This document shows, piece after piece, positions 50,490 to 60,407 of a DNA stretch of 64,000 nt (position 1 is the stretch's first letter; the number at the start of each line of letters is the position of its first letter). The notes below the pieces were generated by a model that had not been told where the DNA came from, made no database searches, and was given only the letters and a program-made list of their open reading frames with translations. Source of the DNA: an uncultured Chloroflexia bacterium (GTDB lineage Bacteria; Chloroflexota; Limnocylindria; Limnocylindrales; CSP1-4); assembly GCA_963809215.1 (NCBI GenBank), contig CAWEIJ010000002.1, forward strand, positions 2,283,228 through 2,347,227, read 5' to 3'. Made by a program: the position numbers and the translations under genes.

Positions 50490-51716
50490 CTACTTGAGGA
50501 GCGCAAGCACCTTCGGCACGAGGGTCTCGTCGGTCGTCTCCACGTCGAACGCGACCGTGGCGGTCCCGTACACGTAGTCCGCGGGTCCCTGTCGCGTAGC
50601 TCACCTTCGTCAGCGTGCGGCCGGCGATCGTCACGACCGAGCGCGTCGGCGTGTCCGTCGTGTTCGCCAGCCAGCTCGTCACGATCGCGTCCGCAAGGTC
50701 GGTCCCGGCCACGCCCTTGACGCGGAAGGCGAAGAGCCGCATCTGGAGCGCGCCGGTGGCGTCGTGCGTCTCGGCGATATCGAGGTTGGCCGCGGTCTTG
50801 CCGAGCTTCGCGAGCGATGCGATCAGCGACTGGCTGGTCGCGTCGCTCCCGAGGGCAGCCGTGCCGACGACGCTCTGGCTCGTCATGGGCGCGCCATCGA
50901 CCGCCTGCGGCAGGAGCGCCTCGAGGTCGGGCACGTCGTGGCTCACGGGAGCCGGGCTCGCGCTTGGACCGACGCTCGGGACGGTGCTCGGCTCGATCGA
51001 TGCGGCGGCGGCCGGAGAGACCGACGCGCCCGGGCTCCTGCCGGCGTCGACGATGGCCGCGGGCTCGCCGAGAGCGCCCGGCTCATCGCCGTGTCCACGG
51101 CGCCCGCGACCGACTGGAGCACCGCCAGGTCGAGCGTGGTCGGCGCGGTGATGTCGGCGACCAGGCTGCCGCGGCGGACGAAGATCGTGTTGCTGCCCAG
51201 GAGCGGGCTCGTGACGGCTGCCGTTTCGTCGCCGAGCTGCGTCACGCTCACGTTCGTGGAGCCGGCGCCCACGGCGGAGTCGTGGTCGCGCGCGAATGCA
51301 AGCTCCGCGTCGGCCCCGTAGCAGCTGATGCTGACGAACGCGGTGGGCCCCTGCGTGGCGCCGGACGGCGCCGGCCCGACGAGGGTCGTGGTCAGGACGT
51401 CGACGAGGAACCGTGTCGAGGCGATCGTCCAGCCCGACGGGAGCCCGCTGGTGCTCGGGACCGCGTACCAGGTGACGGTTCGGCAGGCCGTCGTGTCCGC
51501 CTGGGCGGGCTGGTCCGACCCGCGAACGAGCACGACCGCGAGGGCGGCGCCGGCGACCAGCGTCGCGACGATGCTCAGGATCGCCGCCAGGAGGACGGCG
51601 CGACGAAGAGACGCGTCCTGGTCGGCTGGCTGGTGGTCTCTTTGCGTCATCCCATTCACGAACGGCGGTCGCCGGGGCGGGTCGTGCGCCCGTCGGTGCC
51701 CGCGCGGGATGCTCAT
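50490..51716 (-). pseudogene. hypothetical membrane-anchored protein, 2 frame breaks (about 51090, 50595)
   Basis: The N-terminus with its TM (..LRRAVLLAAILSIVATLVAGAALAVVLV..) is in ORF 50943..51782. The middle (..DVPDLEALLPQAVDGAPMTSQSVVGTAALGSD..RLFAFRVKGVAGTDLADAIV..) is in frame 50368..51801. The tail ..ADYVYGTATVAFDVETTDETLVPKVLALLK* is in a third frame. The start is uncertain (51716 or 51650). Confidence 0.45.
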
Positions 51717-52035
51717 GATCTCGTACCGGGACAATTCGTGGGCGACTCGGGCACACCAAGCTTGGGTCCGACCGGTCGACAAGCCTTGTCGCGCAGTTCA
51801 TGCGATATCAACCGACGCGGCGTGGCGCACGTGGCGATGTGGAGGACCGTTCGCGAACGCAGGCGTCGCGAGGTATCGGCTGCGAAGCTCGTCGCGTGTC
51901 CGCCCCGGTCCAACCCAGTCCGATACCGACCGAATGCGGCTGTGCACCGTGGCCTACACTCCTGGCGGGCCACGACGGATCTGTGACGTCTGTGCGGCGA
52001 TCGCGGCCGCCTCGCAGGTGGAGGCAAGACGACCG

Positions 52036-52506
52036 ATGTCCGACCTACCCTCGACCGCCGACATCGCGGCATTCCTCCACGAGGGCCACGCCAACATGCG
52101 GGCGGTCGTGGCCGGACTGCCCGTTGCAACTCTCGACTGGAAGCCGGGCGACGAGACGAATTCGATCACTGCGCTCGTCGTCCACGCCCTCGACGCCGAA
52201 CGGCATCTGACCGCGGCCGTCGCCGACATCTCGCTCGTCCGGGACCGGGAGGCGGCGTTCCGCGTCAGCGGGCTCGCCGGCGACCAGCTCGTGGCCCTGA
52301 TCGACGCAACCGAGCGCGACGTGGATGTGCATCTCGGAACAATCACGCCCGACCGTCTGGATGCAACGGTCGTGCGCCCGAACCGCACCGAGTCCGGCGC
52401 GCGCTGGCTGATCCGGGTGGCCGCGCACAGCCGTGAGCATGTCGGCCAGGCGAGCCTGACACGCCAGCTCGCCGAACAGGCGGGTTTCGGCGGCCGGGAG
52501 GGTTGA
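52036..52506 (+). CDS. DinB-family (DinB_2) metal-dependent protein
   Basis: It runs from MSDLPSTADIAAFLHEGHANMRAVVAGL in frame 51328..52506. His residues are spaced as in the DinB four-helix bundle (..HEGH.., ..VVHALDAERH.., ..AAHSREH..). Confidence 0.65.
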   Translation: MSDLPSTADIAAFLHEGHANMRAVVAGLPVATLDWKPGDETNSITALVVHALDAERHLTAAVADISLVRDREAAFRVSGLAGDQLVALIDATERDVDVHLGTITPDRLDATVVRPNRTESGARWLIRVAAHSREHVGQASLTRQLAEQAGFGGREG

Positions 52507-52622
52507 CTGTCCCGGGACTGACCGACCCGAGCCAGCCGATGCCGACAGGCGAACCGCCGAAGCCCAGCATGGCCCCGGAAGGCATACGCCACCGGCGCGC
52601 GGCGAAGCTCGGCTCGGAACGG

Positions 52623-52697
52623 TGGTGAGCCCGCTGGGATTCGAACCCAGGACGCAGGGATTAAAAGTCCCTCGCTCTGCCGCTGAGCTACGGGCCC
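52623..52697 (-). tRNA. tRNA-Lys (anticodon TTT)
   Basis: The sense strand is GGGCCCGTAGCTCAGCGGCAGAGCGAGGGACTTTTAATCCCTGCGTCCTGGGTTCGAATCCCAGCGGGCTCACCA. It folds as a cloverleaf with one G-U pair in the acceptor stem. The anticodon loop is CTTTTAA and CCA is encoded. Confidence 0.9.
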
Positions 52698-53050
52698 ACG
52701 CGGCGTAGACGATACCCGGCCGCGGCGCGCGCGGTGCGCGGTCGCGATTGATCACACGTGCCGCGGACAAATGGTTGCGCGGATCCGCCCGGACAGGGTA
52801 TGGTCCGCCCAATGCGCTGGCATCTCTTCTCGTCCGAGGCGAAGAAGAAGCTCCGGCGGCCCTGCCGGGAGGCACGGGCCCTGGGGCTCTGACCGGCGCG
52901 CGCAGACGACCGGGGGCCTCCAGGGAACGGAGGCTCCGAGGGCCGCGGACACCGATGGTGACCGCGGCTTCTTGATTCGCCCCCACGGCGAACCGGCCTC
53001 CGGCCCCAGGCGGACCCCGCGTCACGACCACAGACGCGGAGGACACCACG

Positions 53051-53813
53051 ATGCAGGCACTGATCCTCGGGCGATGGCCCGTTCGGACGGGCGGTCGCCG
53101 ACGCGCTGGCGGCGCACGGCGTGGCGACGCGGGTCGCGGGCCGCCCCGACGGTGGGACGCACGAGTCCGGCGCCTTCGCGGGCGTGGACGTCGTCGTCGA
53201 CGCGTCGCGCGGCGGCGCGGTCCTGGGCAACGTCGCCGCGTCGATCGAGGGCGGCGTGCGGCGCTTCGCCATCGCGACGACGGCGTGGGACGCCGACCGG
53301 CGCGCGTCGCAGAGCTGCTCCGGGCGCGCGGGGCGGCCGCGGTCGCCGCGTCGAACTTCAGCCCGGGCGCGCTCGTCTTCGCGCAGCTCGTGGAGACGGC
53401 GGCGCGGCTCACGGCCCGGCTGCCCGGCTACGAGCCGTACATCGTCGAGTGGCATCGCCACGCGAAGGCCGACCGCCCGTCGGGCACGGCCCGCGACCTC
53501 GCGCGGCGGATCCTCGCGGTCGATCCCGCGCGCGACCGCATCGCCACACCGTCCGACGGCCCGGCCGAGGCCGGGCACGCTCGAGGTGGTCGGCGTCCGG
53601 GCGGGAACGAACCCGGGCCGGCACCTCGTGGGCTTCGACGGGCCCGGCGAGGCGATCGAGCTCAGCCTGACCGCCCGGGACCGCGGCGCCTGCGCCTCTG
53701 GCGTCGTCGCCGCCGTCGATTGGCTCCTCGCCGAGCCGCGGCCTGCCGGCCTCCACCCGTTCGAGATCGTGCTCGACGTGGACGAGCGGACGGAGGTGGG
53801 TGCTGTCAGCTGA
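53051..53813 (+). pseudogene. dapB: 4-hydroxy-tetrahydrodipicolinate reductase, 3 frame breaks (about 53075, 53300, 53575)
   Basis: MQALILG | DGPFGRAVADALAAHGVATRVAG..VDVVVDASRGGAVLGNVAASIEGGVRRFAIATTAWD | ..AAAVAASNFSPGALVFAQLVETAARL..YEPYIVEWHRHAKADRPSGTA.. | TLEVVGVRAGTNPGRHLVGFDGPGEAIELSLTARDR... Confidence 0.8.
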
Positions 53814-53885
53814 CGCCGCGCCCGTGACCCACCTCGACCTCGCCGACGCTCACCCCTCACCCGACGTCTCGAAAGGAACCGACCG

Positions 53886-54876
53886 ATGACCCCGATCGCC
53901 CGCTCCCCCGGCCGCGCACGCCCCGTCCTTCGCGGCGCCTTCACCGCGCTCGTCACGCCGTTCACCCCGAACGGCGCGCTCGACGAGGATGCCTTCCGGC
54001 GCCTCGTCTCCTGGCAGGTCCTCTCCGGGATCGACGGCCTGGTCCCGTGCGGGACCACCGGCGAGGCACCGACCCTCAGCCCCGCGGAGCGCGAGCGCCT
54101 CATCGCGATCACCGTCGAGGTGGCGACCGCGCGCGCGTCGCGCCGCCGCGTGACGGTCGTCGCCGGAACCGGCACGAACGATACGGACGCGACGATCCGG
54201 GCGACGCGCCGGGCCGCCGAGCTCGGCGCCGACGCGGCCCTCGTCGTGGCGCCGTACTACAACCGCCCCGACCAGCGGATGCTGGAGAGCCATTTCCGGG
54301 CCGTCGCCGACGAAGGCGGGCTTCCCGTCGTCGTCTACAACGTCCCTTCTCGGACCGGCGACGAACGTGGAGGCCGACACGTTCCTGCGCCTGGCGGCCC
54401 ACCCGCGGATCGTCGCCGTCAAGGAGGCCTCCGGGAACCTGGAGCAGATCGCCCGGATCTGCCGGGAGCGACCGCGCGACGTGGCCGTGCTCGCCGGAGA
54501 CGACGCGTGGACGCTGCCGATCCTCGCGCTGGGCGGGGACGGCGTGATCTCCGTCGCCTCGAACGAGATCCCGGGCGAGATGGCGGCGCTCTGCGCGGCA
54601 GCTGCGGCCGGCGACTGGGAGCAGGCCCGCCGGATCCACGAGCGGTGGCTGCCGCTCATGCTGGCGAACTTCCGGGGCGCCCCGAACCCGGTCCCGGTCA
54701 AGGCGGCGCTGGCCCTCATGGGGCTCTCCACGGACGCCGTCAGGCGGCCGCTCCTCGCGCTCGACGACGACGCGCGCGAGCGGCTGGGGGGCCTGCTCCG
54801 CTCGCTCGGCCTCCTGGAGCTCCCCGGCGGCCGGGCGGTACCCGAGGGCGTGATGGCCGTCGAGGGCGCGGCGTGA
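53886..54876 (+). pseudogene. dapA: 4-hydroxy-tetrahydrodipicolinate synthase, one frame break near 54358
   Basis: ..LRGAFTALVTPFTPNGALDEDAFRRLV..LVPCGTTGEAPTLS..VVAGTGTNDT..VVAPYYNRP..VVVYNVPSRTG | NVEADTFLRLAAHPRIVAVKEASGN.. (Schiff-base Lys) continues in ORF 54367..54876. Confidence 0.85.
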
Positions 54877-55748
54877 GCGCCGGCCCGCGAGCCGGGGCAA
54901 CCGGCGATGCAGCGCCCGTGGCCGGCTCGCCGGCGACGCCCGCGGAGTGGACGGCCGACGAGGTCATTGCGGCGCTCGAGTCGGGGCGCCTCCGGGCGGC
55001 CGCGCCGGATTCCGCGGCGGCAGGCGGCTGGGGGCTCGATCCCGGTGCGCGCGCCGCGATCCTCGCGCTCTTCGCGGACCGCGCGACGCGGTCGTGGTCG
55101 GCCGACGAGGCATTCGGGTTCGCGGACCGCGTCGGGCTGCCACCGAAGGACGTCACGGGCTCGCCGGACGCGCGGGCGGCCGCGGCGTCCGGCCGGCCAT
55201 GGCGGATCGTGCCCGGCGGGACGTCGATCCGGGCCGGCGCGCACCTGGAGCCCGGCGTCGTCGTGATGCCGCCCTCGTACGTGAACGTCGGTGCCTGGAT
55301 CGGGGCGGACACGATGGTCGACTCGCACGTGCTGGTCGGCTCGTGCGCCCAGGTCGGGGCGCGGGTCCATCTCTCCGCGGGCGTCATGGTCGGGGGCGTC
55401 CTGGAGCCCGCCGGCGCGCGGCCCGTGATCATCGAGGACGAGGCGTTCGTGGGCGCGGGCTGCCTGCTCCTCGACGGTGTGCTCGTCGGGCGGGCGGCGG
55501 TCCTGGCGGCGGGCGTCACCCTCACCGGCACCTCGCGCCTCTACGACCTGGTCGGCGAGCGCGTGCTCGCCGGGACGGCGGACGCGCCCCTCTGCGTGCC
55601 GCCGGGCGCCGTGGTCGTGCCGGGCACGCGCTCGCTTCCCGGCGAGTTCGCGGCGCAGCACGGGCTGGGCGGGCAGGTCGCCCTCATCGTCAAGCAGCGA
55701 GACGCGCGGACCGACGCGCGGGTCGCCCTCGAGGACGCGCTTCGATGA
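54873..55748 (+). CDS. dapD: tetrahydrodipicolinate N-succinyl/acyl-transferase (hexapeptide-repeat DapD-like)
   Basis: The GTG at 54873 overlaps the dapA stop (GTGA). In frame 53886..55748 it reads ..RIVPGGTSIRAGAHLEPGVVVMPPSYVNVGAWIGADTMVDSHVLVGSCAQVGARVHLSAGVMVGGVLEP..VIIEDEAFVGAG... Confidence 0.75.
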   Translation: MSAGPRAGATGDAAPVAGSPATPAEWTADEVIAALESGRLRAAAPDSAAAGGWGLDPGARAAILALFADRATRSWSADEAFGFADRVGLPPKDVTGSPDARAAAASGRPWRIVPGGTSIRAGAHLEPGVVVMPPSYVNVGAWIGADTMVDSHVLVGSCAQVGARVHLSAGVMVGGVLEPAGARPVIIEDEAFVGAGCLLLDGVLVGRAAVLAAGVTLTGTSRLYDLVGERVLAGTADAPLCVPPGAVVVPGTRSLPGEFAAQHGLGGQVALIVKQRDARTDARVALEDALR

Positions 55749-57075
55749 CCTCTCCGCACCGGACATCACCGCGCCCCGCCGCGGGCGGCCGCCGGCCCGC
55801 AACGAGATCCTGCGGGGCGACCTGCTGGGCGGGCTCGACCCGGCCGACCTCGCCGCGCGGTATGGCACGCCGTTCCACGTCTACGACCTCGACGTGATCG
55901 AGCGCCAGGTCGAGCACCTGCGCTCCGCTCTGCCGGCGGTCGTCGAGGTCGCGTACGCAGTGAAGGCGAACCCGGCGCTTGCGATCGTCGCCCATCTCGG
56001 CTCCCTGGGGCTCGGCGCGGATGTCGCCTCGGGCGGCGAGCTGGCGACCGCGCGCCGGGCGGGCATCCCCGCCGACCGGATCGTGGTCACGGGTCCCGGC
56101 AAGCGCGACGCAGAGCTGCGCGATGCCGTGGCAACCGGCGTCCGCGCGATCACGGTCGAGTCGCCCGGCGAGCTCGACCGCCTCGTGGAGGTGGCAGCTG
56201 CCGCCCACCGGCGCGTGCCCGTCCTGCTCCGGTCGTCGGTCGGCACCGCGGACGGCCTGGAGCGGGTCCGGCTGGTCGGCGACGACGGGGCCGGGAAGTT
56301 CGGGATGGACGAGCCGGACCTGCGGGCCGCGGCGCGGACGGCGGCTCGCTCGCCGCACCTGGAGCTGCTCGGGATCCACCGCTTCGGGGCGTCGAACGTC
56401 CTCGACGCGAGCCGCCTCGCGGCGCACGTCGCCGAGACGGTGCAGCTGGCGCGCGTGGTGGCCGGGCACGCCGGCGTGGAGCTCCGCCTGGTCGACGCGG
56501 GCGGCGGGCTCGGCATCCCGTACGAGCCGCACGAGGAGTCGCTCGACGTCGTGGGCTTCGGCCGGCGACTGGCGTCCCTCGCGGAGGGCTGGGCCGGAAC
56601 GCCGGGCCTGCGGGACATGCGGCTCCTGCTGGAGCCTGGACGCTGGCTCGTGGGGGCCGCCGGGGCGTACGTCGCCCGTGTCGTCGACCGCAAGCGCGTC
56701 GGGGACGCGGAGGTCGCGATCCTGGACGGCGGAGTCCACCACCTCGTCCGGCCGGCCCTGGTCGGCCAGGAGCATCGCGTGCGCGTCCTCGGCGCGGGCT
56801 CGCGGGCCGCGCGATCGTGGCCGGTCACGATCGCCGGGCCGCTCTGCTCCGGGCTCGACATCTTCGCGGCCAACGCACGGATGCCGGCTCCCGCGGTGGG
56901 CGACCTGATCGCGGTGCTCGACACGGGCGCGTACGGGTTCACGGAGTCGATGCCGCTCTTCCTGAGCCACCCGATCCCGGCCGAGGTCGCGATCCGCGGC
57001 GGGCGGTCCGCCCTGATCCGGCCTCGACAGGAGCCCTCGGAGTGGCTGGACCGGCAGCTGCTCCCGGCGTGGTAA
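55745..57075 (+). CDS. lysA: diaminopimelate decarboxylase (start region unresolved)
   Basis: Frame 55477..57075: ..YGTPFHVYDLDVIERQV..VAYAVKANP (PLP Lys)..DVASGGEL..GKFGMD..GIHRFGASN..DAGGGLGIPY..LEPGRWLVG..CSGLD..DTGAYGF... The ATG at 55745 overlaps the dapD stop (ATGA) but is in another frame. Either there is a frame break within the first ~10 codons or the start is non-canonical. Confidence 0.8.
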
Positions 57076-57159
57076 GCAGCAGCCGATCCCGTCGCGGTGA
57101 GGAGCTGCCGCTCAGCCCGCGCGGCGGGCGTTCGGGCGGTCTCCCGGTATGATCGTGGG

Positions 57160-57621
57160 GTGACCGACTTCTACGACATCGACCGTGCGAACGCCCGCCT
57201 CCCCGAGGTCCGCTCGGTGCTGGAGCAGCTCCGGTCCGAGCGCCGCGAGCTGGTCGAGCTGCGCGACCGGCTCATCGTGGCGCGCCGACGGGCAGGGGTG
57301 CCGGGCGACGGGCGGACGCTCGTGGACGAGGCGCTGGGCGAGGCAGCCGACGGCATGCGCCAATCGGCGACCTCCGACTCGCCCCGCGTCCTCGATGCGC
57401 GCATCCGGGCCGTGATCGACCAGATGCAGGCGGCCGTCGCTCGCCTGGACGAGTGGAGCGTGCAGCTCCGCGACATCGAGGATGGCCTCGCGGACTTCCC
57501 GGCGCTCGTGAACGGTCGCCAGGTCTGGCTGTGCTGGCAGCTCGGCGAGGACGAGATCCACTTCTGGCACGACCTCACCTCGGGCTTCGGCGGAAGGCGA
57601 CCGCTCATCGAGCTCACGTGA
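57160..57621 (+). CDS. DUF2203-family protein
   Basis: It runs from the GTG at 57160 (VTDFYDIDRANARLPEVRSVLEQLR...FPALVNGRQVWLCWQLGEDEIHFWHD) in ORF 57097..57621. A TATGAT box lies 8 nt upstream. Confidence 0.6.
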   Translation: MTDFYDIDRANARLPEVRSVLEQLRSERRELVELRDRLIVARRRAGVPGDGRTLVDEALGEAADGMRQSATSDSPRVLDARIRAVIDQMQAAVARLDEWSVQLRDIEDGLADFPALVNGRQVWLCWQLGEDEIHFWHDLTSGFGGRRPLIELT

Positions 57622-57673
57622 CCGGCGGACCCGCCGGGCGGCCGGGGATCGCGGCGGAGCCCGGGACCGCCGA

Positions 57674-57730
57674 CCCGAGCGCAGCCGCCGTCCCGAGCGC
57701 AGCCGCCGTCCCGAGCGCAGCCGCCGTCCC
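57674..57730. repeat. 18-nt perfect tandem repeat CCCGAGCGCAGCCGCCGT x3 (encodes PSAAAV x3 in the 57618 frame)
   Basis: Direct reading. Confidence 0.8.
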
Positions 57731-58062
57731 GTCCGGTCGCGTCATGGAGCGGGGCCGCTCGAAGGCGCATCGGCCGCTGCCGAGCGAGGCACGCCGCGCG
57801 GCCGTGGCCCGGGGGCTCGCCGCCTACGACCGCGGCGCGTGGTACCTCGCCCACGAGGAGCTGGAGCCTGCCTGGATGGGGACGGACGACCTGGCCGAGC
57901 GGGCGCTCCTGAGCGGCCTGATCAAGGTCGCGGCGGCGTACGTCCACGCGGCGCGCGGCAACCCGCTCGGCGTCAGGACGAACCTTCGCGGCGCGCGTGA
58001 GCGCCTCGCCTCGGCCGCGGCCGCAGCGGCCGGGCACGCGACCGGACCGAGCCGCGGGACGG

Positions 58063-58129
58063 GTGCGATGCCCGGGTCGACCATCAGTGCGACGCCCGGG
58101 TCGACCATCGGTGCGACGCCCGGGTTGCC
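58063..58129. repeat. 24-nt tandem repeat GTGCGA(T/C)GCCCGGGTCGACCATC(A/G), about 2.8 copies (encodes MPGSTISATPGSTIGATPG)
   Basis: Direct reading. Confidence 0.75.
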
Positions 58130-58346
58130 CGCGGTCGCCCGCTCGATCGACCTGCCGGCTCTGCTCTCCGCGGTGGACGACCGGCTCGTCGCGCGTCGAG
58201 GCGCTGTGCGACTCGCCGCTGCCGGCGACGACCGGCCGCGATGCCGAGGCGGCGCCGCCGCCTCACGACGTCGCCGGTCCGGCGGGCCGCTTCCGCGGGG
58301 CGCCGGTCGCAATCCCCGCGATCCCGCTGCCAAGGCGTGCGATCTG

Positions 58347-58733
58347 ATGCCGTCCGACGCCACGCTTCCCACGATCAGCCCCGCCGACGCCGACGCGGCC
58401 CGCGCGGAACGTGCCGGCGCGCCGGCCGCGGGACCGGTGCCGATCCTCGTCGACGTCCGGGAACGCCACGAGTACGTCGCGGTGCGCGTCCCGGGCGCGA
58501 TCCTCTACCCGACCTCCACGTTCCTGCAGCGCTACGCGGAGCTCCCCCGGGATCGCCCGGTCCACGTGATCTGCCACACCGGCAACCGCTCCGCGGCCGT
58601 CACCGCGTTCCTTCTCCGCAACGGCTGGGCGGACGTGTCCAACGTTGCCGGCGGGATGGACGCCTGGGAGCGGGCCGGGCTCGAGGTCCGGCGTGGACCG
58701 CTCGCCCCCGGCGAAGGTGAAGCGCCCGGCTGA
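58347..58733 (+). CDS. rhodanese-domain sulfurtransferase
   Basis: It runs from MPSDATLPTISPADADAARA in frame 57453..58733. Motifs: ..ILVDVRERHEYVAVRVPGAI.. and the active-site loop VHVICHTGNRSA. Confidence 0.8.
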   Translation: MPSDATLPTISPADADAARAERAGAPAAGPVPILVDVRERHEYVAVRVPGAILYPTSTFLQRYAELPRDRPVHVICHTGNRSAAVTAFLLRNGWADVSNVAGGMDAWERAGLEVRRGPLAPGEGEAPG

Positions 58734-58837
58734 TCCGGCGAGCGCACCCGGCAACCTCGGACGAAGCCCGCGGCGGCGAGACGGCGGTCCGGCAACCCGG
58801 GCGCGTCTGCGTCGAGCGCGGTCCCCGGCGGAACAGG

Positions 58838-60355
58838 CTAGCCGGCGCCCTGTGCGGCCCGGCGCCGCCAATTCCGAAGGTGGTGGAGGAACGCCCGGGT
58901 GCGCTCCTTGTGATTGAACGCGTAGCCGAGGAGCAGGAGCAGCACGAAGTCCCCGGTCGCGACGCCGGCCGCGGCGAGGTAGGAGAGCTGCTGGCCGACG
59001 GGGCCCTGGATGCCCATCGCCGGGACGACGATGTAGAAGAGCCCCAGCTGGAAGAACGGCGCCTGCGGGGCGAGGTTCGCCCGGGCCGTTCCTGTCGTCG
59101 GGCCGGAGCCCGTCTGGCCCCCCACGAGGAAGACGTGGGAACCCGACACGATCGGGGCGGCGTCGCGAAGGCCAAGGTCCGGCGGCAGGTCGCTGGCGGC
59201 GAGGTGCTTCCAGCTGCCGATGTTGCCCGATGTGTCCGGGATCGCCCACACGATCTCGCCGTTGGAGCCCTGGCCTCCGCCGTAGTAGAGGTTCGAGTTC
59301 GCCACCCAGCCGAACGCGCCCTCGTGGGCGGCCGGGAGGTCCTGCTGCGCGGCCGACGCGGCCGTCGGGCTGCCCCACCGGGTGACCTGGCCGAGCGTCG
59401 CCTTGTCGGTCGAGATGTCGCCGCGGAGCACCTGTGCCGTGGGACCCGACGCGTCGTCGCCGCCCCACACGAAGAGGTTCTGGCCGAGGACCGTCGCGGT
59501 CGCGTGCACGCGCGGCGCCGGCTGCGTGGCCCCGGCTGCGTCGAACAACGTCAGCGGGGCATTGGGCGTCCACGCGGTCAGCTTGCCGGTCGTCGCGTTG
59601 ACGGCGGCCTTCCAGACGGTGTCGACGGGTCCCTTGCCGTCCGTGCCACCGATCAGGAAGAGCCCGTCCGCGGCCACGGCCACCGTGGCACCGGCCCGCG
59701 GCGCGGGCAGCTTCAGGTCCGTCGATTCTGTCCAGGCCGTGATCTTGCCGGTCGTCGCGTCAGGCGTGCCGGCGAGGACCGTGTCCGTGGGCTGCCCGCT
59801 CGCGTCGAGGCCGCCGATGATGTAGGCCACGCCGGAGAAGAAGGCGGCCGCGGCCTGGGTGCGCGGTGCGGGCAGCGCCGCGCCCTGGCTCCACGCATCG
59901 AGGTTGCCGTCCGGCCGGATGACCGTCGCGAAGACGCTGGACTGGGCCGCCTTCCCGTCCGTGCCGCCGACGACGAGCGTCTGGAGGCCGGCCGCGACGA
60001 TCGCCGCGTCGGAGCGGGGCGCCGGCAGCGCCAGCTCGGCCGGGTTCGGCTCCCAGGGGAGGACCGTTCCCGCGGGCGCGGGGCACGGCACCGTCTCGTT
60101 CGATGCGGGACAGAAGTTGATCGGCGTGATGTCGAGCGCCGGGTTGAAGACCTTGAGCGCGACGCCGAGGTCGATCGTGTTCTGCACGGTGGCGTAGAGG
60201 GCACGGTCCGGGAGATAGGCCATCAGCATGATGATGAGGACGAACCAGACCGTCGCCTTGACGCCCGCCCAGCCCCAGCCGTTCGCGTCGAGCAGGCCGA
60301 AGAAGGCCCGCCTGCGAACCACCGTTCCCCCCGGACCGAGCGCCTGTTCCGCCAT
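58838..60355 (-). CDS. Kelch-repeat beta-propeller protein with N- and C-terminal transmembrane segments
   Basis: ORF 58838..60355 has an N-terminal TM (VKATVWFVLIIMLMAY). It has six repeats of the type ..LPAPR..A..V......(I/V)GG.DG... (LPAPRSDAAIVAAG..VVGGTDG; LPAPRTQAAAAFF..IIGGLDA; LPAPRAGATVAV..LIGGTDG; QPAPRVHATATV..VWGGDDA ..). C-terminal TMs follow. Confidence 0.7.
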   Translation of the reverse strand: MAEQALGPGGTVVRRRAFFGLLDANGWGWAGVKATVWFVLIIMLMAYLPDRALYATVQNTIDLGVALKVFNPALDITPINFCPASNETVPCPAPAGTVLPWEPNPAELALPAPRSDAAIVAAGLQTLVVGGTDGKAAQSSVFATVIRPDGNLDAWSQGAALPAPRTQAAAAFFSGVAYIIGGLDASGQPTDTVLAGTPDATTGKITAWTESTDLKLPAPRAGATVAVAADGLFLIGGTDGKGPVDTVWKAAVNATTGKLTAWTPNAPLTLFDAAGATQPAPRVHATATVLGQNLFVWGGDDASGPTAQVLRGDISTDKATLGQVTRWGSPTAASAAQQDLPAAHEGAFGWVANSNLYYGGGQGSNGEIVWAIPDTSGNIGSWKHLAASDLPPDLGLRDAAPIVSGSHVFLVGGQTGSGPTTGTARANLAPQAPFFQLGLFYIVVPAMGIQGPVGQQLSYLAAAGVATGDFVLLLLLGYAFNHKERTRAFLHHLRNWRRRAAQGAG

Positions 60356-60407
60356 CTGTCCTCCCTGTCGAGCGGCCGCCGAGCCCTCCCGCCGGCCGCG
60401 CCCCGCG

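Larger units (their letters stand above)
57618..58347 (+). pseudogene. DUF309-family protein; probable frame break near 58195; alternative start ATG 57744
   Basis: The GTG at 57618 overlaps the DUF2203 stop (GTGA). The core is RGLAAYDRGAWYLAHEELEPAWMG..LLSGLIKVAAAYVHAARGNPLG. In the given frame it reads through into the rhodanese gene. A tail in the ORF 57997..58347 frame ends with a TGA abutting the rhodanese ATG. Confidence 0.5.

Noticed and set aside
57674-57730. Short tandem repeats (also 4259..4291, 49761..49809, 58063..58129) as possible CRISPR arrays
   Set aside because: The units are 11-24 nt and directly abutting, with no unique spacers. There are only 2-3 copies and no cas genes in the window.
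57453-58733. 426-aa ORF read as a single DUF309-rhodanese fusion protein
   Set aside because: The 5' part overlaps the DUF2203 gene out of frame. The rhodanese part has its own ATG (58347), abutted by a TGA in the frame that best continues the DUF309 C-terminus. Two genes with one frame break is the more likely reading, though a true fusion cannot be excluded from sequence alone.
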